Positions 11,144-22,296 of a stretch of DNA of 64,000 nucleotides are shown here, piece after piece. Every line of letters begins with the position of its first letter. The first letter of the stretch is position 1. The translations under genes and the position numbers were made by a program. Source of the stretch: an uncultured Nitrososphaerales archaeon (GTDB taxonomy: Archaea; Thermoproteota; Nitrososphaeria; Nitrososphaerales; Nitrososphaeraceae); the NCBI GenBank assembly GCA_963709405.1, contig CAVPXM010000073.1, positions 32,001 to 96,000 on the forward strand. The letters run 5' to 3'. The notes under the pieces are model-generated. The model had not been told where the DNA came from and ran no database searches. It saw only the letters and a list, made by a program, of their open reading frames with translations.

Positions 11144-12703
11144 TTACACCTGCCTTTTGTTCTCCCTCATTCTTATGAATGGAATGTTGATATTATGTGA
11201 ATCAGATACTCCAGTCTCGGTGGAAACTGAATAATCAATTGAAATGCCAAATGCATCCTCAATTTTCTTGATTGCATCATCTAACAATATATGTGGGAAA
11301 TGTTGTTTACTTGTTCCTATATCAATATCGACTGTAATCTTCTTTTTACTTAAGTTTTTTACATTAACCTTGCATCTATTCCTTTGTAGTATACTAATAA
11401 TTGTGATACAAGCAGCCACTTTTTCAATAGATTGTTTATTTTGAGGTTGCAGTATGGATTTATATGTTTCAAATAGCCAATTGGCAGTTTTTACTTTTCT
11501 AGTGTGAACTATTGACAGCGCAAGAACCAGCTGCTCGCTATGAGTAAGATGTTTATTATCATCATCAATAATTATATAAAACAGATTGTGTAAGTTTGTA
11601 GTATAGGGTAACTCAGATATTTGCTTTAATGCAATAACAAGTATCTCGTATTCTCTTTCCTTAATCAATCCTGTAGAAAGTAATGACAGCATAAAGTTTT
11701 TTCCAGATCTAGGTAGTTTTTCTAATTGGCAACTAGATTTGATTGAGTTTTGAATCTGATCTAAACGCTTCGAAAATTTCATAGAATTTAGAAATGACAA
11801 AAGAACTCCTTCTCTCAATCCTTGCGAACTGACAATAACCTGGTCAAATCGTAATTTTTGCATCAAAAGATGTATTATACATGAACCTGTCGAGATAGTT
11901 TCTGCTCTATCCTTACCAATTGCCTCAATATTCGCAAGTTCATATGGTGTCATTTTAGAAAATTGCTTAGTAATTAATTCAATTGATTTATTGTCAATAT
12001 GATAATTATGGATTTTATGAAGTGCATATTTACTAACTTCTTGTTCATATCTAGCTATAGCACGCAACGTGCCTCCAACACCAATGAGTGAGGTATCAGG
12101 ACTTAAATTAAGATCTTTTCTGCCTGGCAGATTTTTGATTACATAATTCTCCATCTTTTCATAACCCTTTTTACCAAGTATAGTATATTGGGAATTGGAT
12201 GTTCCGTATTTCTGCGACAATCTTAATACCCCAAATGGTAATGATACAAGTTTCTTGACATTAAAATTTTCTGTGTACACTATTTCTAAACTACCGCCAC
12301 CTAAATCAAAGAAGAGAGATGTCGGAATACAAGTAGAATTTAACGCCCCCATATAAGAGTACAATGCCTCTTCTTCTTCGGATAATACCCTGAATTGAAA
12401 TTCCGTTTCTTCTTTTATCTCTTTAAGAAATTTTTCTCTATTTCCAGCCTCTCTAACTGCACTCGTAGCTACTGGAATCACATGTTCAATCGATTCAAAC
12501 TTAATGATATCGCGAAACATTTTTAAAGCGTCGACTGTTCGTTGAATAGATTTTCTTGCAATATTGCCAGTAGTAACGAGATCATCTCCAGCTTTAACTT
12601 TTATACCCTCTTGAAAGTACGCCTTGTATATGAGGCCCCTTTTTACTTTATAATTCGCTAATTTTATTGAATTATAACCAAGATCTATTACAGATATTTT
12701 CAA
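11144..12703 (-). CDS. ppx: Ppx/GppA family exopolyphosphatase
   Basis: VIDLGYNSIKL, ATSAVREAGN, LSEEEEA, DLGGGSLE, GVGGTLR, GLREG. Confidence 0.92.
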   Translation of the reverse strand: MKISVIDLGYNSIKLANYKVKRGLIYKAYFQEGIKVKAGDDLVTTGNIARKSIQRTVDALKMFRDIIKFESIEHVIPVATSAVREAGNREKFLKEIKEETEFQFRVLSEEEEALYSYMGALNSTCIPTSLFFDLGGGSLEIVYTENFNVKKLVSLPFGVLRLSQKYGTSNSQYTILGKKGYEKMENYVIKNLPGRKDLNLSPDTSLIGVGGTLRAIARYEQEVSKYALHKIHNYHIDNKSIELITKQFSKMTPYELANIEAIGKDRAETISTGSCIIHLLMQKLRFDQVIVSSQGLREGVLLSFLNSMKFSKRLDQIQNSIKSSCQLEKLPRSGKNFMLSLLSTGLIKEREYEILVIALKQISELPYTTNLHNLFYIIIDDDNKHLTHSEQLVLALSIVHTRKVKTANWLFETYKSILQPQNKQSIEKVAACITIISILQRNRCKVNVKNLSKKKITVDIDIGTSKQHFPHILLDDAIKKIEDAFGISIDYSVSTETGVSDSHNINIPFIRMRENKRQV

Positions 12704-13235
12704 ATCTTAGCCACCGTCCCACATTGGAATAACAATAATAATAATAAAAAGATGTGAGGATCTCTAGCATCTTATAATAAAAATATTTTCTATTGATCTA
12801 GTATTTTAGTTAGTTGTATATAGATCATATAGATCATATTGCATTAAACATTAAAATATTAATAATCCTGTATTCATAAACTTGATTCTGTTTCACATTC
12901 GTACTTGAAATTAATGGAGGTTTAGCTTTGTTCCATTGGATGGATCTAAAAAGAGTTTATCTGTAAAATGACCATTAGTGAAATTGAACATATTCAGGAT
13001 TGAACCCGTGGTACCTTCATTGACCTCTAATATATGTGGAGAAAAGATATCCAGAGGAATCCTAATTTTGTTTAATTAACTCCTTTATGTTATGAGGGTG
13101 TTGTTGTTGAGTTAGTAGTAGTGTTCTGACCAGAGCTGACAACAATAAAAATATCGTTACAATAAATCTGTGCCTCTCCTGCTTCTTGTCATCAATGAGT
13201 GTAAAATTCGCATTCTAATAATATAATAATAATAA

Positions 13236-13703
13236 TCATTTTACAACTAACACAGGACAATGTGCATAAGTTACAATATGTGATGCAACACTTCCAAGTA
13301 ATAGTTTCTTAAATTCTGATCTTCCTCTTGTTCCAATTACAATTAAGTCAAAATTATTTTCTTCAGCATAATCTATTATGCCTCCAGATATATTCATGGT
13401 AGAAATAATTTCTGTTTTTATTTGAACATTTTTTTCATGTGCTTTAAGTTTAACTTTATCCAAATATTTTTCACCATCATTTCTCATTCTTGTCATAAAC
13501 TCTGAATTTTCAGGTGGTCCGAATATATCAACATCAGCACGTATAACATGCAAAGCGTAAAGTTCTGCATTATATTCTTTAGATATAGAGATAGCATAGT
13601 CTGCTGCATCCATTGACGAATCAGAGCCATCTATTGCAACTAACATTCTGGAGAATACTGCTTTTTGAATAGTAGTAGTATCACGTGTTGTTGTATTTGA
13701 CAT
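13236..13703 (-). CDS. Universal stress protein
   Basis: LVAIDGS...DLIVIGTRGRS..KKLLLGSVA...HCPVLVVK. Confidence 0.95.
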   Translation of the reverse strand: MSNTTTRDTTTIQKAVFSRMLVAIDGSDSSMDAADYAISISKEYNAELYALHVIRADVDIFGPPENSEFMTRMRNDGEKYLDKVKLKAHEKNVQIKTEIISTMNISGGIIDYAEENNFDLIVIGTRGRSEFKKLLLGSVASHIVTYAHCPVLVVK

Positions 13704-13863
13704 ACATAGGTTATTTGTTATGATCTCTAATTAAATTCATATCATAAAATGATCCTAAAGATGCTCTAGTATTGGATAATAAACAAAAGATTCTTGATAT
13801 GTTGGGCAAACAAAAATAATAATAACAATAATAGTAGCATCGGTAACAATAACTTATTTTGTG

Positions 13864-14425
13864 TCACTTGTTGGTGTCGCTGCTGTTGTCTCTTCCTTTT
13901 CTTATTCTTCTTATTCTATCCTTTATCAAAAATATTCCTCTAATAATCAGAACAATAATTCCAATTAATGATAATAATGGTCCAGCTATTGCCATGGCGC
14001 TCAGTAAGGTTTTAGGCTGGCCGCCGGCATCAAAGAATTCAATGTTGCCAAATATAGTATTTGCACTCAAATGTTTTGTCCCCAAATTTGTAATCAAAAT
14101 GTTATCCACACCATCATTGCCTGGTACAAAACTGGTAAATAGTCTGTGTGTAAAGTTAAGATGTAGTATTTTAGCTAGGCCTGGTTGTTGTATAACCTGA
14201 ATATTTAAACGCACATCTGGTGGTTGATAATTTACAGCAATTGCCATTTTTGGCTGCTTTGACTTCTGAAGTCTTGAAAATGGATTTACCAGGAGAAAGT
14301 GTTTCAATGCTTGAATTAATTGAGAATAGTTGTTGCTTTAATATGACAAATATTATTCCAATTAAAATTATCCCTCCACCAAGAATTGCACCGCCAGCAA
14401 TTAACAGCCTAGATCCTCGTTGCAT
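13864..14425 (-). CDS. Membrane protein with terminal TM helices (one frameshift near 14250)
   Basis: ORF 14171-14425 (N-terminal TM) overlaps ORF 13864-14307 (C-terminal TM). Confidence 0.55.
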
Positions 14426-14538
14426 GTAATTTAGCTCATCAACCTACCACGACTAATATTAAACCTACCAACAAGCATCACATAGCTTATGATGTGTTAC
14501 TCTTCGATAATTGGTTCTTTAATCTTTATTGATCTTAC

Positions 14539-14787
14539 TTATCGAAGTTTGTCTTTTCTTTTTGACTCGATATTCTTCAATAACTCTTGAGCTTTATCCT
14601 GACCCAAGATCTCCTTTAGTCTTTCTTCTGATTCTTTTCCTTTCCAAGAATCCAGCACTTTGATGACATTATCTTTAGTATCTGGAGTAAAATCCTTTAT
14701 TGCATTGTCTATTATCTTTCTGTGGCCTCTAGCGAGATCCTTGGGTCTAAATACAGCACCCATATAATGTCTTATGAAGATCATCAA
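14539..14787 (-). CDS. Small hypothetical protein
   Basis: 82-aa charged helical ORF. Confidence 0.5.
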   Translation of the reverse strand: MMIFIRHYMGAVFRPKDLARGHRKIIDNAIKDFTPDTKDNVIKVLDSWKGKESEERLKEILGQDKAQELLKNIESKRKDKLR

Positions 14788-15788
14788 TAATAATATTATT
14801 TGGATTTGACATATTACCGCATTTATTTTTAATTTACTTTATTTTAGTTGAACTTTTCGGGGTATGGAATATGGACAACAATATACATTCGTTACTTTGT
14901 CGCCTAACCCTCAATATGTTTAGCTCAGATTGCGATATTAGCCTTTTCTATGCTGTTGAGCATGGCCATTCTTATAACAGTCATAAGTTAGGCTTGTGGT
15001 AATTAATAAAATCATTTTCTTGTATAATTTTTTGATATAGAAGAGGATTTTTTGGAGACGTGTCTTAGACAAATCTGCAACTACATAAAGCTTCTTTTGT
15101 TATCGTTCTTATCCCGTGTATTACTATAAACAGTATTTCCATGAGATGGAGAATTTAGAAGGAATTTCTACTACATAGTAATAGAAGCGTTAGCATGTAA
15201 AGAAGTATGGAATTTAGATAATGGTATTTCTATACGTTGTAGATGTCATAAAGACTGCAGAATAAATTAAGAAATATGTTTATGGTCTGGTATATGAGAA
15301 AAAGCTAAATAAGCAAAACAACCGATAACAGTGGTATCAATTTGAGGCATGTAACATAACTAATGTACCTTTGAAAGCTATCACTTTACAAGCTCTTTGG
15401 ACCATAACCGAGTTCGTCAAAATTCGGGACGTGCTGACAATACTTCAGTAGATGGGTTCTTAGATGGTAGGCATGTATTTCTACCATGGAACACTTAAGA
15501 ACTTCGATAAGACCAGCGGGAATAGCTAATAATTTAAGAGTTGAAGACAGTTTCACTAATGGAGAGTTTCATATTGAGACCAGATCACAATGCCTTCAAT
15601 TGATTGTGCTGTTGTTGGTATAACTGACATTGTGGTGAGAACGGGCAATAGCCGCGACAGAAGTTAGACCGATTGCTAAAAAGAACCATAGCATATCTAG
15701 AAAAACGATTTGGAGATTAGTGATTGTTTATCTAGATATAACCATGAGTTACATGAGTTTATATTATTTAAGTCAACTACTATAATAA

Positions 15789-17087
15789 ATGACTAATCAA
15801 ATAAAATCATTTAAGAAAAGAACCATAGTGATAGTAGTTCTTGCATCTTTGGCTGTTATAATTCCTGTTGTATATTTAATTCATAACCCCTCTACTGCTT
15901 TAGCAGCTCCTTCTATAACAAAAGATCCAAACCTGAAAGTTGAGACCGTAGTTACTGGATTATCTTCTCCTACTAGTCTAGCTTTTATTGATAATAACAA
16001 CATCTTGGTCTTAGAAAAAGGGGGTCAAGTACGTCTTGTGTCAAATGGGGTACTACAAAGCAGGCCAATCTTGCAAGTATCTGTTGCTACAGAAAGTGAG
16101 CGAGGTTTGCTTGGAATTGCTATTCTGAATAGTACAAAGACAGGTACTAGTCCCACTGCGGCCAATAACAACAAGTTCGTATTTCTATACTATACTGAAT
16201 CCAAAGGTGGAGATTTAAGAAATAGAGTTTATAGATATGAATGGAATGTGCAAAACCACAATCTTACCAATCCTACTTTGTTATTGGACCTTCCAGCACT
16301 TCCAGGTCCCAATCATGATGGAGGGAAACTGGTTATTGGTCCAGACCATTATCTTTATGCAGTAATAGGAGATCTTAACCATAGAGGTAAGCTCCAGAAT
16401 ATTAAGAATGGTCCTGATCCTGATAATACTTCCGTTATACTCAGAGTGAACCTTAATAACGGTTCAGCAGCCAAGGACAATCTTTTCATAAATGATGCCA
16501 ATATTGCGATGCACAAATACTATGCATACGGTGTAAGAAATAGCTTTGGAATTACATTTGATCCTATAACCCATAATTTATGGCAAACCGAAAATGGACC
16601 TGATATATATGATGAAATTAATGTAGTAAAACCAGGCTTTAATAGTGGATGGATTCAAGTTATGGGTCCACTATCAAGAACTGCAGGTGTTAGCACAGAT
16701 CAATTAGTTAATTTTCCTGGCTCTCATTATGCAGATCCTGTATTTAGCTGGAAAAATCCTGTCGCAGTTACAGATATAGAATTTATGAAATCATCGGTGC
16801 TGGGAGAGAAGTACAAAAACAATATTTTTGTTGGCGATTATAATAACGGTAATTTATATTATTTTAAAGTCAACAATACAAGAACAGGAATCAAACTTGA
16901 TATCAGTCAAGAGCAGGCTGGACTGTCTGGTTTGGTTGTAGACAATAGCAATCAGCTATCTGCAGTAACATTTGGTACTGGTTTTGATGGAATTACTGAT
17001 ATAAAGACTGGACCAACAGATGGCTTTCTATATATTTTATCAATCGGTGATGGAAATATCTACAAAATTGTACCATCAACCAAATGA
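15789..17087 (+). CDS. PQQ-dependent sugar dehydrogenase (GSDH / soluble aldose dehydrogenase family), exported
   Basis: N-terminal TM; ERGLLGIA, NHDGGKL, YAYGVRNSFGITFDP, ENGP..YDEIN, GFNSGW. Confidence 0.92.
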   Translation: MTNQIKSFKKRTIVIVVLASLAVIIPVVYLIHNPSTALAAPSITKDPNLKVETVVTGLSSPTSLAFIDNNNILVLEKGGQVRLVSNGVLQSRPILQVSVATESERGLLGIAILNSTKTGTSPTAANNNKFVFLYYTESKGGDLRNRVYRYEWNVQNHNLTNPTLLLDLPALPGPNHDGGKLVIGPDHYLYAVIGDLNHRGKLQNIKNGPDPDNTSVILRVNLNNGSAAKDNLFINDANIAMHKYYAYGVRNSFGITFDPITHNLWQTENGPDIYDEINVVKPGFNSGWIQVMGPLSRTAGVSTDQLVNFPGSHYADPVFSWKNPVAVTDIEFMKSSVLGEKYKNNIFVGDYNNGNLYYFKVNNTRTGIKLDISQEQAGLSGLVVDNSNQLSAVTFGTGFDGITDIKTGPTDGFLYILSIGDGNIYKIVPSTK

Positions 17088-18265
17088 TCTATATAATATC
17101 ATGTGCGCGAAGCAAGCGAAATCGTATAAGCTTTTGAAATTACATTCTATTTATCTCCTGTCTAGAACTTCGAGTTGTTTCGCCTGAATTTATTATTACG
17201 TAATTCTATTCGGCAAGCTCTTTTTTAGCAAAATCAATGAGGAAAAATAATACCTGTCTATGGTGGTAAAATACTTTCAACATGTTACAGAATATGATGG
17301 GTGTAAAGCTGGCACGCAATGAAAATTATCTGGACTCGGGCATGCGAGTTTTTTCAGTTTTGTTTCTGAATGAATGTATGTTTATCTATCAGTAAACTAC
17401 TAATAAAATATATAGTTTTATGCCAGGACTGGGGTGGTGGAAAGAGAAGAAACTAAAAGTCTAATATCTTGTGTGTGGGGCAAGGGGTTATAATTATAAA
17501 CAAATTCTATCCGTTGTAAATGATAACTTAAAGAAGCATAAACTAGTATCTCAGAAAAGGCCTCATTTAATATTTTAGCAAAGACAAAAAAAGATGCTCA
17601 GGAATGGCTGAAATATCTCTCCGTAGGTAAAGATGACTACATCGATGAATATAGACAGAGAATTATGGAATTAAAGGAACAACGTAGAGATTTATGTGAA
17701 CTCGTTAGAAAATACGTTAGCCAATCATTTGTTCAAATCTCAGCTCATAAAGAAATTCATGCTCTTACAAAATCTATTTTACAATTATATGAAACACTTC
17801 CACTATTGGTAACTAACAGCAATATACCCCAATGGCGATATATTTTGTGATTCTATCTACGAAGATACGACTGGTAAATATCCCGATCTTTCTGCATAAC
17901 ATAAAATAATGTATTCTTGCAATACTCCATTTTTTTAGGAATTTTTTCTGATCGGTAAGTCTCATCGAATCTTTTGAGCGTCGTTTCGTATTCATCAACG
18001 TATTCTTCAAGTCTATAATATTGTGTGAACCTTGTAAAGTTGGCAATCCTATGTCTAACTTTATCACGAAAGCGTTCAGTCAGAGGTACGAATGTTTTAT
18101 GCCAAAAAGTACACTAATTACATGTACATAGTCTTATATCGTATTATTCCCTTTGACCTAGAAAATTGTGATGTTGTCATATATTTTTGATGATGATTTC
18201 AAATAGTCTTCATTGCTATTAAGTGAAAGATATTCTTTAGTAAGTGAATACTGTCAATAAGGCTA

Positions 18266-18490
18266 TTGATTGGTAAACAATCATTGGGAATATCGGATAA
18301 ACACTCGTGGAGTATGTTTCGAGGAAGTTCGATGCGAACAGGAGTCTCTGCATCCAGGATACCCCGCAAACCTTCGCTTTTGTGGGTAACAGAAATTGGA
18401 CCAAGCGTGTCCTCTCCTGTATTCGATGACAATAAAATATACGTGGCAACTATGACTGGACGAATTTTTGCATTAAATCCATTTCAATGA
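18266..18490 (+). pseudogene. PQQ-binding-like beta-propeller repeat fragment
   Basis: WSMFRGSSMRTG...LLW..EIGPSVSSPVFDDNKIYVATMTGRIFALN; a single blade only. Confidence 0.6.
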
Positions 18491-18763
18491 TGGCCTTTTT
18501 AGTAGATTTGGATTCTTCTTTTTGTTGTTCTTCTTGCATAGATTGTAATATCTTTGCATTTATATCATCAGTATCCAAGTTCGCTTTTAAATATCTTGCA
18601 AAATCAGAAGGAGTAATTATGCTTTCAGATCACATTTTTGCTCCTCGTAAATATCAAATACTAATACCTGGACCTTGGTCTCACTGGGCTAAAATATTAT
18701 TTGAGAAATATTATCTGTGGAAAATGAAACATGGTGTTACATATTTGCCTTAAATAATAATAA

Positions 18764-19135
18764 ATGGTAAAGAGAAATAACATGACGACAATTGATTCAG
18801 AGCAGCTTACAAAATTTCTTAAAGATCCTATCATTGTAAGAATAGTCAGCATACTAGACATTGCAAGTTTATCTATACTAGAGTTACTGGAATATGATTT
18901 AACCAGAAAAGACATTAATCATGCATTATCAAGCGGAGTTATTACAATTGATAAGTCTGTATCCTCAGCTTCATCTTATGAATATGATCAAAGAAATATG
19001 CTTGTTAGCGGAGACTATTATTTTTACAATTTCCTAAATAGTAAAGTGAAATTAACTGAGATTGGGCTGTATATTTTAGAATCTATAAAGGGAGACAAAC
19101 AATCGAATGTGAATATTCCAAGGGAAGTAGAATAG
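18764..19135 (+). CDS. Hypothetical protein, possibly winged-helix
   Basis: 123-aa ORF with VKLTEIGLYILE near the end. Confidence 0.55.
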   Translation: MVKRNNMTTIDSEQLTKFLKDPIIVRIVSILDIASLSILELLEYDLTRKDINHALSSGVITIDKSVSSASSYEYDQRNMLVSGDYYFYNFLNSKVKLTEIGLYILESIKGDKQSNVNIPREVE

Positions 19136-19284
19136 CAAAGATGACAACGTATCTGAGCTTTTCGTCTTATCCAGATTAATTTCGATAATTTCCCAATCGT
19201 ACACCTAAAAGCCTATAATCATTATTTTATAAAAATTTCTACTGATTTTGTATATTTATGAATTCATTTAACTTATCACTATGT

Positions 19285-19473
19285 TCATAGCGCATTATGG
19301 CAATAACATCTCGGTTTTGTTCTTAGTCCATGGCCACAACATGGACATTGCACACCTTTCCATTCTATGAAGATTGCATATACCTGATAACATTTCTGGC
19401 CTGCTGATCTCTGGCTTAAGGTAGATGCAGGTTTACTGACCCTATACTTTATGCATATGCCTTTACAAACCAT
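19285..19473 (-). CDS. Small Cys-rich Zn-finger protein
   Basis: CKGIC...CPCCG pattern; second CxxC degenerate (CYQVY). Confidence 0.55.
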   Translation of the reverse strand: MVCKGICIKYRVSKPASTLSQRSAGQKCYQVYAIFIEWKGVQCPCCGHGLRTKPRCYCHNAL

Positions 19474-19554
19474 CGAAGTATGAGCCTCTAAAAGACGGAA
19501 ATCACAAAAAGTATGATATCTCAGTCTTAACTGAGTAGATATAATAACTCTCTG

Positions 19555-20554
19555 TGCTTTGTTGCATGATTCATTATGTTGTAAGTGATATTTATTTGAC
19601 CACTCCGCATTTAGCTTACTAATAGTAATTATTCTGATATGATTGACTGGCCTTCGTACAATGAATCACTAGTCAGACGTGGTCAAGTACTCTTGGATTT
19701 TGATGTCACTTGATGAATGGGATCATGAATTATCTCAAATGAATGAAGGTAAGGTTGGTGAGCCCTATGACTACCCAGATTCATTTATGCAGCTTCTAGG
19801 TTACATGAGAGCATATTTCCATCTACCATATAGACAAACACAGGGTGTAGTCATAGCTCATGCGAGTAAAAAAGTTCCAGGCATACCAGATTATAGTACT
19901 ATTAGTAGACGCATAAACAAACTGGAAATTAAAATCAATGAAAGATTGGGAAATGATATTGTCATTGCTTTAGACAGCACTGGCATTAAAGTAACTAATC
20001 GTGGAGAATGGATACGACACAAATGGCATGTTAGAAAAGGATATCTAAAGATACATGTGGCAGTTGACATCAAGAGGAAAAGAATCCTGTCTTTGGAGGT
20101 AACAAGTGAAGAGGTACATGATGGTAGGATACTAAAGAAGTTAGTAGATAATGCTTCTGAAAATAATAATCTGAAGGGTATATTAGCAGACGGTATGTAC
20201 GATAGCAATAACAATTTTAGATACCTATCAAAGAACCACATTAAACCTGGTATAAAGACAAGAAGTAATTCCAAGGTCAAGTCAACTAACTGTCATGCTA
20301 GGAATATGTCTGTAGTAAAACAACAAGCAAACTTCAAAAGATGGAAGCGAAGCATGAGCTATGGACATAGATGGATGGCAGAAACAGTATTCTCTTCTAT
20401 TAAAAGAATGTTCGGAGAACATGTAACAGCTAGAAAATTTTCTAACATGGTAAAGGAGATCTTCCTAAAGGCAACTCTGTATAACATGTTCAATCGAATG
20501 ACATAACCATCAGCATAAATGAACTAAAATCCTAATGGATCATGCAACAGAGCA
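19555..20554 (+). mobile_element. IS5 family, IS903-like group
   Basis: IRs TGCTTTGTTGCATGATTCATTA / TAATGGATCATGCAACAGAGCA; flanks ACTCTCTG / GCTCTCTG (7/8 TSD match). Confidence 0.9.
19639..20506 (+). CDS. IS5 (IS903-like) transposase, one frameshift near 19705
   Basis: MIDWPSYNESLVRRG from ATG 19639; LDSTGIK, KIHVAVD, ADGMYD, YGHRWMAETVFS. Confidence 0.9.
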
Positions 20555-20644
20555 GCTCTCTGCAATGCTAGTTCTATGAGGCGAATTGTGCATTAGGTTA
20601 TGTGCTCCGAAATGTAGTAATTCATATATGCTAACTAGAATCGA

Positions 20645-21223
20645 ATGTATATATCAATGAACAACCAACTACAAATGAAAGACACTACGCTTGAAATTAT
20701 ATTTTTCTTGTTAATTGTAATCTCTTTATTAGCGACTAGTACGGAATTTTCGCAAAGTGTTGTATTTGGAGCCGTCAATATGGCGATGCAGAATGAGAGT
20801 GGGATGAGGGGAATGACAATGCCTAATAACATGACGATGAAAAACATGATTGAACGTGGAAATATTGCCATGGGTTTTAACCAAAACAAAATAATGCATC
20901 ATTTCATTGCAACTACAACCGGTGGTGAAATTATGATAGTTGCTTTAAATAGCAGTGATAGTGACACAACAAAGCAAATTAGAAACCATGTTGCCGATAT
21001 TCAAAATGAATTCTCTAAAGGCAACTTTACAAAACCCTTCTTCATACATGCGCAACAGGTCCCAGGTACCAAGTTAATGACTGAGAAAAAAGACCTAATA
21101 AAATACAGTATAAGACAAATGAGTAATGGTTCTGCTTTATTACTTACAACAAATGATCAACAATTAATTGGAGCAATACATCAATTCATTGCTTTCCAAA
21201 CAGGCCAACATCGTGGACATTGA
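20645..21223 (+). CDS. Exported Met/His-rich hypothetical protein
   Basis: Signal/TM, Met-rich linker, MGFNQNKIMHHF, C-terminal HRGH. Confidence 0.7.
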   Translation: MYISMNNQLQMKDTTLEIIFFLLIVISLLATSTEFSQSVVFGAVNMAMQNESGMRGMTMPNNMTMKNMIERGNIAMGFNQNKIMHHFIATTTGGEIMIVALNSSDSDTTKQIRNHVADIQNEFSKGNFTKPFFIHAQQVPGTKLMTEKKDLIKYSIRQMSNGSALLLTTNDQQLIGAIHQFIAFQTGQHRGH

Positions 21224-21567
21224 ACATCAGCTGTATGTTCTGGAAGATCTTTTTTGGCCATTATGAATAGAAACGATGCAAATGCAAGAAAAACATGGTA
21301 GTACAAAACGGGAACATTGACTGAATATCTCACAATTTGCAAATCGTATAGTGAGATGTACAACTTCGGATTTGCATTAATATTTTTCCTATGCATCTCT
21401 ACCACCTTCATTACTACCAAACTAAAAATAGTCGTTGTGACTAGTTAGATATTCTGTTTAGGTGTAAGGGAGGGTTGGTGTTACTCCTTTTAGTGCAGAT
21501 ATTATTTTGTCCAAGGTCATACCCATGTGAACTATTTTAAGGATTTCTGTTTTTTCGTAGTCCTACT

Positions 21568-22271
21568 GGCGCTGTTCAGTTAACGGATAGACCTATAGCT
21601 AAAAACATCCTACATTCTGATAATGTCCACATCCAAAGAAAGAAGTAGGACCTCTCCATAGTATGTTTATTATGCATTACAGCTATACTTCTCAGGTTTA
21701 TCACTTCGAAGAACATCACAAAGGCTATCTCGATTTATCAAGAGAAACCATGTTTCCATTTGGAACTGGATCCAGCGCTACAAGCCAAAGAAGATATTGC
21801 AAACAAAAGAGATGTAAACTATCAGAATTTATGATAGATGAAACGTTGATTAAAGTAGGTAGTGACTATGTATGATGGTTATGGGTTGCTATTGAGCCAA
21901 ACGAAAAGACAATTCTTGGTATACGTATCTCCATTGAAAGAAATATGCTTGTGGCTGAACAGTTTATAAAATCATTGATTAGAAAATATGGAAAACACAA
22001 TATTTCAACAGATGGTGGTATATGATATCCACAAGCATGTAGATAGATTTCTAAACATTCAACATCATCACAATCATTCCTAGATTGAAAAAAGCTTCAT
22101 TGAAAGAACGATCCAATACATAATAAAAGATAGAACTGAGTGTTTTGATGATTATTTCCCTTGTAGGAAAGACAGTGATTGTAAGCTACAGCATGTCATT
22201 AATTGGATGAGTTTATTTGTAGATATGCACAATAGAGAGAATATGGAAAAGAGTGTTAAGTGAACAGAGCC
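21568..22271 (+). mobile_element. IS6-family element, transposase with in-frame stops and frameshifts
   Basis: IRs GGCGCTGTTCAGTTAAC / GTTAAGTGAACAGAGCC; IDETLIKVG and TDGG remnants; no TSD. Confidence 0.88.
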
Positions 22272-22296
22272 GCTGAGTAAGTGTGTACGTTTATGT

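Noticed and set aside
12993-13015. CAGGATTGAACCCG resembling a reverse tRNA T-arm or att site
   Set aside because: No acceptor or anticodon stems and no second copy in the window.
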